Assembly: GCA_963758525.1 (NCBI GenBank)
Contig: CAVWVQ010000003.1
Span: 3,840,001 to 3,904,000, forward strand
DNA from: an uncultured Phycisphaerales bacterium
GTDB taxonomy: Bacteria > Planctomycetota > Phycisphaerae > Tepidisphaerales > Tepidisphaeraceae
Length of the DNA: 64,000 nt
Direction: 5' to 3'
Shown here: positions 31,474 to 41,066 of the stretch, piece by piece
Layout: every line of letters begins with the position of its first letter
How positions within the stretch are numbered: position 1 is the first letter of the stretch
Notes under the pieces: model-generated
Told to the model about the DNA's origin: nothing
Seen by the model: only the letters and a program-made list of their open reading frames with translations
The model's database searches: none
Program-made: the position numbers and the translations under genes

Positions 31474-34211
31474 ATGTCCAAGTACACCGCGCGAAAGCGT
31501 GAGGGTTTCATCTCTGAAGGGGCTTCTTGTCAACGGCGAGACGGCTTGATTGCTAAGTTCCGTTCATTGCTCTCTCCGATCAGCTTCGCGCACTCCCCCT
31601 GCGCCCTTGGCGGGGAGGCTAACGAGGCGGGGGTTTGGGGGCAGAGCCCCCAAGTCTTTGTCGTTCTCGGCGGAACCGTGGCTGCCATCCGGCACCGCGC
31701 GGGCGGCGCGATGCGGCGGTTGAATTCATCTCTACGCGGTCATCGGACGGACGGGTCGCAATGCCAGGCCGTGTGTTCCGAGCCGAATAAAACCTTGTTC
31801 GCGTCAACCGGGCCGAATTCACACTGTCGCAGTCACCAGCAGAACCCGAATCCGACGCCAGTGGCGTCCGATTCGAACCAATGCCTGCCGGGCCGAATGA
31901 AGCCGAGTCGCGGTCTCCAGATTGACGAGACATCGTCTTGCATGGCTGCAAGAACTATTGATGTCATAAGCGTTCCGCCGAGCCGCTGGTCATGCCAGGA
32001 TCATCTCCTCTTCTTGTTTGACAGGTTGTTGCTTAGCAGATTGTTGCTTGAGCCGGGCCTTGTTGGCCGCCCGCTCGTGTCCGGTGGGCTCCTGGCCCTG
32101 GTAGGCCGTCCCGTCGCGGACCATGGCAAAGAGGACACGCAGCAGGCGTCTTCCCATCGCGACGTTCGCCTTGGGCTTGACCATGTGTCCGATCAGCCGC
32201 TGGCGGATCGCCTCCTGCTTCGCGTCGGAGCGGCAGAGGGTGACCGCGGCCTTGCACAACGCCCAGCGCAGCGTGGCGCTGCCCGCCTTGGTGATGTGAC
32301 CCGACTGGGTCCGGCCGGCCGACTCCTGGTTGTCGGGAGTCAATCCCGCCCAGAACTCGAGGGTGTCGGCGTTGGGAAAACGGGAGAACTCGCCGATCTC
32401 CGCGGCGATGATGCACGCCCAGATCTCGTCGATTCCCGGCACGCTCTTGAGAATCGCAATCAGGGAGGCGAATCGCCGGTCGCGGTTGGCAAAAATGATT
32501 TTCCTGCGCAGGCAGTCCCGCTGTCGCTCGATCAGGCAGACCAGGTCCAGGAAGTTGCCGAAGGCTTCGCGCTGCACGTCCTTGAGCAGATCGCCATTGG
32601 CCAGCAGCCATTTCTGGGCGCCGACGCCGTCCAGCTTGGGACCGCCAATGTTGGCGGCCAGGAGCATCGACCGCATGGCGTGCTTGGCGCGGGTGAGGGT
32701 GCGGGACAAATGCCGCCAGTGCCGGCCGAGCTTGCGGAGCTGCATCACTGCTTCGGGGGCGATCCATCCCAGCGGGCACTCCCCGCGGGAGAGGCGCTGG
32801 GCGATGTCGGCCGCGTCCTTGCGATCGGTCTTGCGCCGCTTACCCCGGAGGTTGGACAACTGCGTCGCGTCGGCGATCTCGATCTTGTCCACGCAGGAGC
32901 GGAAGCGGTCGATGAACCACTCGACAAAGCCGACGGCTTCCACTGCCAGGCGGCTGGGACGCGGCAACGCCAGCATCCATTTTTCGATGCGGTCAACGCA
33001 CTTGGTGTCACAGGTCAGCGCGGCGATCTGCGTCCCCGAAGCATCGACAGCACACAGCGAGACGGTACACTTATGCAAATCCACGCCGACGAACGCGGCG
33101 TACGAAACAGGCACATCAGACATAACAAACTCCGTGTTAGGGACCAAGGGAACTTAGAACACTCCCGGAAGCGTAACGGCTTCCGCAGGCCCCTTCACGG
33201 TTTTACGTTGGTGGAGCTTCTGGTGGTGATTGGCATCATCGCGGTGCTGATCGCGCTGCTCCTGCCGGCGCTGGCAGGCGCGAGTTCGAGGCGCGCCGGG
33301 TGGCCTGCATGAGCAACATGCGGCAGCTCGGCCAGTCGATGATCATGTACGCGAACGACAATAAGGGGTCGTTTCCGCGCGGGGTCTATTACCCGGATCT
33401 TTTCTACAGAAGCTCACCACCCTTGCCCGACACTTGGGCAGGGCTGCGCGGCTTCTCTGATCCGATTGCCAACAGTCCATTTGCCAATGCGACCAATCTC
33501 CTTGCCGATGACGTGCTCCCGCCCTGGCAGGTTGCCAAGCGCCCCGGCGACAATGACGTAACGGGCTGCCTTTTTCTCCTGCTTCGGACGTATCAGCTTC
33601 CCTCGGCCCTTTTTGTCTGTCCCGGACGCTACGACATGTATCCCGACGACTTCAGCAATACCTTCGGCGTCGCGGGGGCATCGACGGATCCGCAGCATCG
33701 ATCTAACTTCAGCTCCGTATACAATCTCAGTTACAGCATCTCCCTCCCATTCCCTCCTTCCTCCGCCTGGCGGCTGGGGTATCGCTGGGGTATTGCGGCA
33801 AATCCCGGTTTTGCCATCCTGGCCGACCTCAACCCGGGTGAAAAATACTCCGACTGCTGCTGCGTATCGCACAGCGGTTTGTATCTCAGCAACGGGCCGT
33901 CCACACCCACCGACGGCCCGCAACTTCAGAGGATGGCCAACAGCAGAAACCATAACAAAAAAGGCCAGAACGTTTTGTTCGCCGACGGACACTGCGAGTG
34001 GGCGCCCACCGCGTTCGCGGGCTACAACCAGGACAACATTTACACAACGTGCCTCGCCTCGGGTACCACTGGCCTGGCCAATCAATGGACAACCGCCGCC
34101 CAGACGCCCAATCCATGGGCTCTGGCGAACCCGAATGACAGCATGATGCAACCGAACGAAGGCGATATGTTCGATCCCACGAATACCAATGGCGGCCTGG
34201 GGATCAACTGA
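31474..34211 (+). CDS. Prepilin-type DUF1559 protein (copy B), interrupted by IS110 at the G-F codons; extra 1-nt shift near 33284
   Basis: GGAGG RBS and MSKYTARKREGF at 31474-31509; [12 protein letters not shown] resumes at 33205; body differs from copy A at about 22 of 302 aa by eye. Confidence 0.88.
31524..31989 (-). ncRNA. Putative bridge/seek RNA region of the IS (ends not defined)
   Basis: Non-coding end downstream of the recombinase with hairpins and four guide-like segments at 31725-31733, 31788-31797, 31818-31826 and 31898-31904. Confidence 0.65.
31990..33123 (-). CDS. IS110-family DEDD transposase/recombinase
   Basis: VGVDLHK, AVEA, KTDRKDA (D-E-D-D); SVPGI...AEIGEFSRF...AGLTP..QESAG...ITKAGSATLR. 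Confidence 0.95.
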   Translation of the reverse strand: MSDVPVSYAAFVGVDLHKCTVSLCAVDASGTQIAALTCDTKCVDRIEKWMLALPRPSRLAVEAVGFVEWFIDRFRSCVDKIEIADATQLSNLRGKRRKTDRKDAADIAQRLSRGECPLGWIAPEAVMQLRKLGRHWRHLSRTLTRAKHAMRSMLLAANIGGPKLDGVGAQKWLLANGDLLKDVQREAFGNFLDLVCLIERQRDCLRRKIIFANRDRRFASLIAILKSVPGIDEIWACIIAAEIGEFSRFPNADTLEFWAGLTPDNQESAGRTQSGHITKAGSATLRWALCKAAVTLCRSDAKQEAIRQRLIGHMVKPKANVAMGRRLLRVLFAMVRDGTAYQGQEPTGHERAANKARLKQQSAKQQPVKQEEEMILA

Positions 34212-34225
34212 ATTCAGGGCGGACC

Positions 34226-34719
34226 ATGCAAATGAGAGAATTGATCAACCGCCACCGCGGCATGACGTCGGGGCGCTGGTGATCGCGGTTGCACTGGCCC
34301 TGGGTCTTTCGTTGCGCAGCTCACTCGGTCCGGAGCGCGGGGCCCGCATCACACAGGCGTTTTATTCCGACGATGATGGCAAGAGCTATTTCGCCGAAGC
34401 GCTCGCAAAGCCCAGCCCATTCGACCATGGGGGCAAACTCGCATACCGCGCATATGTCTACCGCTGCAGCGATTCGAGCATTACATTTGTTGGCTACCTC
34501 GCCCGGCAGGCTCCCGATGAAAAGCCGCAGGGTGCGATGGGCAGCACCGCAGATGCTGTTAAAGCCGGCGCCGCACAAGGCAAATCCGCCGGTCTCACGG
34601 AAGTGAAGAAGCCCGGCGATTCCAAGTGGGTGGCGATCAATGGTGCCGACGGAACCACCATTATCAACGTAACCTGTTCCGACGGCGAACGGCCCCTGGC
34701 CGTCGTGCCCGGCAGCTAA
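34226..34719 (+). CDS. Membrane-anchored hypothetical protein (copy B; 1-nt shift near 34272)
   Basis: MQMRELINRHR start and body homologous to 18994..19488; same intergenic tgaattcagggcggacc. Confidence 0.8.
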
Positions 34720-34810
34720 CCACTCCTCCGTTTCAGTCGAGCTATTCAATGTTGCCCAACCCGGCGAGATTTACACGATCGCCGTCGCGGCAACAATGGA
34801 GCATGTCTGC

Positions 34811-35202
34811 TGTTCCCCTTCGGGCACGGGCTTAGCTACACGACATTCGACTACGGTGATCTGAAACTCTCCGCGACGGAAGTAAAGGCGGCAGGCAAAA
34901 TCACGCTCTCCATCGAGGTGACCAACACGGGCTCCCGCGCCGGTGACGAGGTCGTGCAGTTCTACGGCCACCAGCGTCAATGCAGCGTGAAACAGCCGAA
35001 TCAGAAGCTGATCGCATTCGCGCGGGTTCACCTCGAAGCGGGCGGGAAGAAGACGGTGACGCAGGACGTGCCGGCGGATCGGATGTCGATTTACGAGGTC
35101 AAGCCGCACAAGTTTGTCGTCGAGCCGGGCAGGTTCGACGTGATGGTTGGAAGCTCCGCGAAGGACATTCGTAGGCGCGGTCAGTATGAAGTGTCTGATT
35201 GA
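34811..35202 (+). pseudogene. Orphan 3' fragment of GH3 gene (Fn3-like domain)
   Basis: FPFGHGLSYTTF...VTNTGSRAGDEVVQFY...GQYEVSD*, close to the C-terminus of 11039..13188; no 5' part. Confidence 0.85.
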
Positions 35203-35270
35203 GTCCTAGATGAATCACTGTTCGACATTCACTTTGACTTTTCAAAAAAAACTTCGCATATTGTGAAGCT

Positions 35271-35588
35271 GTGAACGTCATCAGCCGAAAGAAGCTCAAG
35301 GAGTTCTACGAGGCAAAACCGGAACGAAAGAAGCACGCCGGCGCATTTGACGACTGGTTCAAGATCGCTCGCAAGGGTCGCTGGCAGAATTACCAGGACA
35401 CGAAAGCAACCTTCGGCCAAACGGACGTTGTCACTGGCGACACGGGTCGAACCGCCACAATTTTCGACATTGGCGGGAACAAATACCGCGTCGTCGCCCA
35501 CGTCGATTACACACGGCAGACCGTGAAGATCGAAGCGGTGATGGATCACAAGGAATATGACCAGGGTTCGTGGACGAAGCTTTTTTGA
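35271..35588 (+). CDS. higB: Type II toxin, HigB family
   Basis: VISRKKLKEF...IFDIGGNKYRVV...DHKEYD. Confidence 0.9.
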   Translation: MNVISRKKLKEFYEAKPERKKHAGAFDDWFKIARKGRWQNYQDTKATFGQTDVVTGDTGRTATIFDIGGNKYRVVAHVDYTRQTVKIEAVMDHKEYDQGSWTKLF

Positions 35589-35598
35589 GGAGTTGAAG

Positions 35599-36018
35599 AT
35601 GCCCAGGACAAAATTCCGCAAGACTGCACGGATCGGCGACACCTACATGGGACTGGTCCGGCGTTTCCCGTTGAAGACGATCAAAAATGATGACGGGCAT
35701 GAGGAAGCAACGAACATGATTTCGGAGCTGATGGGCCGCGATCTCGACGCTGGGGCCGGGGACTACCTTGATGCATTGCTCGTGCTGGTGAACAAGTACG
35801 AGGATGAGCACCATGCCATCGACGCAACGATGACGCCGCAGCAGGCGCTTCGGTCGTTGATGGAGTCGAATACTCTGAGTCAAGCGGACATCGGCCGGAT
35901 CATCGGCAGCGAATCGGCGGTCTCGATGTTCTTGAAAGGTGATCGCGATCTGTCGAAGCCTCAGATCAAGAAACTCGCGGACCGGTTCAAGGTAGATGCC
36001 TCACTCTTCATCGGGTAA
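35599..36018 (+). CDS. higA: Antitoxin HigA (HTH)
   Basis: YLDALLVLVNKYE, LRSLME..LSQADIGRIIGSESAVSMFLKG.R.LS; follows the toxin; GAGGAG RBS. Confidence 0.9.
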   Translation: MPRTKFRKTARIGDTYMGLVRRFPLKTIKNDDGHEEATNMISELMGRDLDAGAGDYLDALLVLVNKYEDEHHAIDATMTPQQALRSLMESNTLSQADIGRIIGSESAVSMFLKGDRDLSKPQIKKLADRFKVDASLFIG

Positions 36019-36450
36019 CTCGACTTCAAGCATCCCAGGTTTCCGACGCCTGAACCCCGGCGACAGATTCGCTCGGATCCGCTGGCGCGACCATAGCGAG
36101 CCCTTGTAGGCTCGGTTTACGGTCGACCATGCGCCGAATGGGGCATACGTGTTCAGGTCGTGGTGGGGAATGGCTGTGGCGTGCAGGCGCTGGACACCTG
36201 GGTAAAAAATAATGTCTAATTTCGTGTCTCGCCGGCAATTTGATGGCGGGCCGTGGGTCTGCATTGTCATCGGTCTGGAACCGGAGATGATGTTAAGTTG
36301 AGTGGGCGTCCATGTTTGGATGCCGGCGGCGCGAAGCTGGAGGCAGACGCATTGGGAGTGGATTGCGAGGCGGCGCAAAGCTTCCAATCAGCGCCAAACG
36401 GCGCTACGAGCCTTGGCGAAGTTGCCGGCGCGTTGAGGGTTTGAGATCCC

Positions 36451-36975
36451 ATGGCTGATTCAGAGCGCGTTGAAGAATTCATCCGGATCCTGGCGACGCA
36501 CGAGGCGCGGCTGCGGTGTTACGTACTGAGCCTGGTGTCGCAATGGGCGGATGCCGACGAAGTGATGCAGGATGTGAACGTGGTTCTGTGGCAGAAGTTT
36601 GAATTGTTCCAGCCGGACACGAATTTTTTCGCCTGGGCGTGCCAGATCGCGCGGTTCAAGGTGCGGGATTACCGCCGGAAGAAGAGTCGGGAGCGGGTGG
36701 TGTTCAGCGATGAGCTGGTGGACCTGCTGGCGGAAGAAGCGGTGGTGGTGGCGGAACGCGTGAACGATTGCCAGGCGGCGCTGGATGGCTGCCTGGGAAA
36801 GCTGAAGCCGGATCAGCGGAACCTGATTCATCTTCGCTACAACGAGGATGAGTCGATAGACGACATCGCTCAATCGGTGGGTCGAACCGTCGAAGCGGTT
36901 TATAAATCCCTTGGCCGAACGCGGCAGGTATTGCACGACTGCATCAAACGAAAGCTCCAGGCGGCCAGCGCATGA
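36451..36975 (+). CDS. ECF sigma-70 factor
   Basis: DADEVMQDVNVVLWQKF, NFFAWACQIARF, LIHLRY...VYKSLGRTR. Confidence 0.93.
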   Translation: MADSERVEEFIRILATHEARLRCYVLSLVSQWADADEVMQDVNVVLWQKFELFQPDTNFFAWACQIARFKVRDYRRKKSRERVVFSDELVDLLAEEAVVVAERVNDCQAALDGCLGKLKPDQRNLIHLRYNEDESIDDIAQSVGRTVEAVYKSLGRTRQVLHDCIKRKLQAASA

Positions 36976-38647
36976 ACACCTCTGATGAAACATTCGACGA
37001 GCTGCGCGAAGCGCGCGAGCTGATCCACGCGCTGTGTGACGATCACCTGCCGCCGGCCGGTCACGCGCGTCTGGAGGCGTTGATGCTGGAAAGCGCCGAG
37101 GCGCGGACGCTGTATCTGGAAATTCTCCGGCTGCATGCGGCGCTGCACCAGCGCACGGCTCGATTGCAACCCAGCCGCGGCTCGATGAAGCAGACATTGC
37201 CGAAGCCGGCGGGATGAACGATGTGATGATTCTGCCCGCCCTTGGACCCGGCGAACGCGAGACGATCATTCCCTACATCCGCCGGGAGAGTGTCGCGGCA
37301 GCGGAACCGACGCCCGTTTCCGCTGAAGAGTCGCGTCCGCAGGCTGTTGCGCAGGCGCGACGGCCGATGTTCCTGAGGCGTGCGGGGCTCACGTGGCTGG
37401 CTGTCGCGGCGACGATTGTCGTCGCGACGTCGGTGCTGATTGTGCAGATGACTTCCCAGACGCCGGCGGGGGCCACGGTCGCCGGTTCGGCGGACGCGCT
37501 GTTCGATTCGGGCAATCTCGATGCTTCGCGCGGCGCCAGCGTGGCAACGGGAAAGCGCTTCAGCCTCGCGGGCGGTTGCCTGGAACTGAGGTTTGGCGGC
37601 GGCGCGGACGTTGTCATCCAGGGGCCGGCGACATTCTCCGTGACTTCTTCCGTTGCCATGGCTTTGACCAGCGGGCGTCTGAGAGCCACTGCGTCGGGCG
37701 CGGCGCACGGATTTGTCGTCGACACGCCGGGTACACGGGTGACCGATCTGGGGACCGAATTTGGCGTCAACGTCACGTCAGCGGGAGCGACCGAGGTGCA
37801 TGTGTTCCAGGGTCAGGTCTCGGTGACGGAGAATCGGCGCGCCGATGCATCATCACCGCCGCCGCAGAGCCCCACGATTCTTTCGGCGGGACAGGCTGCT
37901 GTGGTCGCGAACGGATCGGTGGCGGTTTCGCCTGGCGGCGCTACGCCCCAGGCATTCGTCGGCAGCTTATCGACGGCTCCCTCGATTGATGTCGTTGATC
38001 TGATCTGCGGGGGCAATGGAACGATGCATCTTCGCAGCGGCGCGATCGATCAGCGAACCGGCGATTCGGGATTGCTCGATCCCGTGATGGGCGCGAGCCG
38101 CGAGAGCCCAAAATACCATCGTGTGCCGAGGCTGCCGGTGATCGACGGGTGCTTTATCCCCCGAGGGCACACGACTGTTGATTCCTCCGGGCACGTGTTC
38201 GATTTCGGAAAAACATCGGGCAGCAGCTTCTACCAGATTCGTGCCGGCGGCACGTTCCCCTGGCCGCGCCAGGTGAGAAGTTCGCCGGCGTCCTGTGGGG
38301 CGTTGATTACACGCAGTCGGGAAACGGCTTTGTCCTGATGCATCCCAATAGCGGAATCACCTTCGATCTGGCGCGGTCCGCCACTTGCACCCGGGGGTGA
38401 GAGTTTCTGCACTCCGTTCGGTTGTCGGCAATGCCTATACGGGTCTTCTGGCGGTCGGCCCGACGCGCGTGCTTGTTCTGGTTGATGGCGTGGCCCGGTT
38501 CGACCAACGAGGCGCTGCGCCCAAGAGAGACCACTCGATATCGACGTGCCGCTGGGTGACTCAGACCACTTTCTAACAATCGCGACAACAGATGGCGGGG
38601 TAGTCGCCCGCGATTGGATGATCCTGGGGAATCCACGTATCGAGTGA
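36972..38647 (+). CDS. FecR-domain anti-sigma factor (two or more frameshifts)
   Basis: ATGA-coupled to the sigma factor; TM; GFVVDTP.TRVTDLGTEFGV; later frames give MHPNSGITFDL and DWMILGNPRIE*. Confidence 0.8.
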
Positions 38648-38648
38648 C

Positions 38649-39710
38649 CTATTTGCCAGCGGAAAGCTCCCGCGCCGGATCCCAGCCGTCGCTGCCGCCA
38701 AGAATGTGCGCGATCGTATACCCCTCGGCCTCTTGTTTGGTCAGTTGCTTTGCCCACTTGGCCCGCGCATCAGGGTTCGCTCCTGGCCCGAAACTGTTGT
38801 ACTCGCAATACCTGGCCGTGCGTTCATTCGATTCCTTCTGCCAGTTGTTCCAGCCCGTCGAACGAATGTGGTCGCCCATCTCGCAATGGATGAACGCGAC
38901 GGCGGCGTAGGGCCGCCAGGGGCGGCCGAGCATCGCCAGTTTGCGGGGAGCTTTCGCGGGCAGGGTCGCGGCAGGGTTTGTCGTCGCGGGGTTCCATGGA
39001 ATTGCATTACCAGTCAGGCGGCATTCAAGAAAAACAAAGCCGAACGGATGGTCCCGCGGCGTGCTCGCGGCGGTTACATAGCCGCCGTTTTTGCTGTGAA
39101 TTTCGCAATGGTCGAAGATGGAGGTTCCCGATCCGTAAATGAAGTCAACACGCCCTTCGATATAGCAGTCTTTAAAGTACTGGCGGCCGTCATTGACCAT
39201 CAGGGTATCCTGCCAACCCAGCATCCGGCAGTTATGAATGATCGCGCGGTCGCCGTCGATGCGCAGCGCCAGCGCCTGTCCGTGATCACCCGAGGTGTTT
39301 TGGAACGTGATTCCGTCGGCTGAAAAGTCATCGGCCAGAATCAGCGTGCCGATTCCCTTGTAGTGGGGTTGCACGTCGGGGGGATTCGGTTCGTTTTGAT
39401 TGAGATTGAACGTCAGAATTGTTGACGCGGCATCATCGCCCTTGAAGCGGATACGCGGCTTGGTTTTGGGGACGACGATCTGGCCCTGATAAGAGCCGGG
39501 TTTTATATGGATGATGGTAGTGTCGCCACTGTTTTCCGGGGCCGCGGCTATCGCGGCTTGAACCGTCGCAAACTCCGTAGAGCCGTCGGCGGCGACGGTG
39601 ATTGCGCGCTCCGCGCTGCGCACGCTTCGGCAGATCAACAGGAGCACAAAACTGCTGACAAGGAAAGTTGCGGAAACTGCCTGGTCTCCCACAATCGCAC
39701 GGCATTTCAT
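38649..39710 (-). CDS. Pectinesterase (CE8)
   Basis: GQALAL, GWQDTL, IEGRVDFIYG, LGRPWRPY. Confidence 0.95.
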   Translation of the reverse strand: MKCRAIVGDQAVSATFLVSSFVLLLICRSVRSAERAITVAADGSTEFATVQAAIAAAPENSGDTTIIHIKPGSYQGQIVVPKTKPRIRFKGDDAASTILTFNLNQNEPNPPDVQPHYKGIGTLILADDFSADGITFQNTSGDHGQALALRIDGDRAIIHNCRMLGWQDTLMVNDGRQYFKDCYIEGRVDFIYGSGTSIFDHCEIHSKNGGYVTAASTPRDHPFGFVFLECRLTGNAIPWNPATTNPAATLPAKAPRKLAMLGRPWRPYAAVAFIHCEMGDHIRSTGWNNWQKESNERTARYCEYNSFGPGANPDARAKWAKQLTKQEAEGYTIAHILGGSDGWDPARELSAGK

Positions 39711-39713
39711 GGT

Positions 39714-41066
39714 TCACTTCACAGTCGTGGGCAGCCCCGTCACGTCGCTGAGCTTTACGATCAACGGCGGCCCCGACAAGACGTCGATGCGTGAATTGAC
39801 GAAGCGAATGCCTCGCGCGTTGACGATTTGCATCCCCTTTTCGGCCGAAACGCTGACATTCGTCATGACCACGTCCGACACCGGCATTTCCGGGAGGCCC
39901 AGGATTCGGCCCGCCATCGGCGAGTTTGCGACAGTGACATTCTCAATCCGGATGTTTCGCCAGACCGGCGTTGTCTGGCCGACCGCGATGATCGGGTCGT
40001 CCTGCGGCAGAGTCGGAATCGAAGGGTAATAGCTGGTGATGAAGATTGGCACCTTCACATGGTCCATCGTAATGTTTTGGTAGGTCACGTCTTCAACGAC
40101 GCCGCCGTAACCGCGGCCTGACTTCATGCGAATGCCCGCCTCCGTTCCCTTGAATGCGCAATCGCGCACGACCATATGGCGAAGCCCGCCGGGGGTCTGG
40201 CCGCCGATGGACATCCCGTGTCCGTGCAGGAACGTGCAGTCGGCAATGGTCATGTTCTCACAGGATGCCCGGCCAGGTTTGATGCTTCCGCTGGGCTTGA
40301 CCGCGATGCAGTCGTCGCCCACGTCGAAGGTGCAACCGGTGATGAGAAAGTTCCATCCCGAAGGATCGAGCCCGTCGGTGTTGGGCGATTTGGCGGGCGC
40401 CTGAAAATGCACGGCCTTGATCAAAACGTCCTGACACAATTGCGGCACCAGGTGAAAACTCGGAGAGTTCTTCAAAGTGACATCCTGCACGAGCACCTTC
40501 GTGCATCGGTTCAGTACGATCATGTACGGGCGGTGGGGGGGCGACGACTGATCCGCGGGCGCGGACTTCGACTTCACATAGTGTGTCCACCAGAATTCGC
40601 CTTGCCCGTCGATCGTCCCGAGGCCGGTGATGGCGACGTCGTGGCAATCGTCCGCAACGATGCAATTTTCAAACCTGTCGTTTTTCAGCCGGTAATCGGA
40701 TGCTGTGTCGCTGAGCAATAGCGTCGCGCCTTCTCCAATTTGGAAGTTGAGATTGCTTGCGAGCTTCAACGGCCCGGTGAGAAACCGGCCCCGTGCCACG
40801 AGAACGGTTCCGCCGCCGGCCGCGGAGCAGGCATCGATCGTCTTCTGAATCGCCGTCGTGTCGCGCGTCTTGCCGTCGCCCACGGCGCCGTAATCGGTCA
40901 CCGGGAATATCTTCTCCGGAATGGCTGGAGCGGAGATGTCCGGCTGGGTGTCCGGCCTCCCGCCAGCCGATGAGCGGCGCGGCACGAGGTTCGTCAGCAG
41001 CAGCGCCGCGATGATCGTGCCGCGCGCGATTCGCAAGCGGTTGTCAGGCGCATGCATATCAGGCAA
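39714..41066 (-). CDS. Polygalacturonase (GH28)
   Basis: NTDG, GDDCIAVK, GHG, GIRMKS catalytic motifs. Confidence 0.95.
   Translation of the reverse strand: MPDMHAPDNRLRIARGTIIAALLLTNLVPRRSSAGGRPDTQPDISAPAIPEKIFPVTDYGAVGDGKTRDTTAIQKTIDACSAAGGGTVLVARGRFLTGPLKLASNLNFQIGEGATLLLSDTASDYRLKNDRFENCIVADDCHDVAITGLGTIDGQGEFWWTHYVKSKSAPADQSSPPHRPYMIVLNRCTKVLVQDVTLKNSPSFHLVPQLCQDVLIKAVHFQAPAKSPNTDGLDPSGWNFLITGCTFDVGDDCIAVKPSGSIKPGRASCENMTIADCTFLHGHGMSIGGQTPGGLRHMVVRDCAFKGTEAGIRMKSGRGYGGVVEDVTYQNITMDHVKVPIFITSYYPSIPTLPQDDPIIAVGQTTPVWRNIRIENVTVANSPMAGRILGLPEMPVSDVVMTNVSVSAEKGMQIVNARGIRFVNSRIDVLSGPPLIVKLSDVTGLPTTVK

Larger units (their letters stand above)
31504..33205 (-). mobile_element. IS110-family (IS1111-type) insertion sequence, 1,695 bp; crossover lies within the shared GGTTTyA
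   Basis: Sub-terminal inverted repeats TGAAGGGGC (31515-31523) and GCCCCTTCA (33189-33197); DEDD recombinase; long non-coding end downstream of the gene; removal restores the pilin ORF. Confidence 0.92.

Noticed and set aside
31414..33312. 632-aa ORF as an independent novel protein
   Set aside because: It is the pilin leader plus the antisense of the IS plus the pilin N-terminus; treated under the read-through finding.
19503..34211. Diversity-generating retroelement (TR/VR) between the two pilin copies
   Set aside because: No reverse transcriptase; differences are spread over whole genes, largely synonymous and not evidently adenine-specific.
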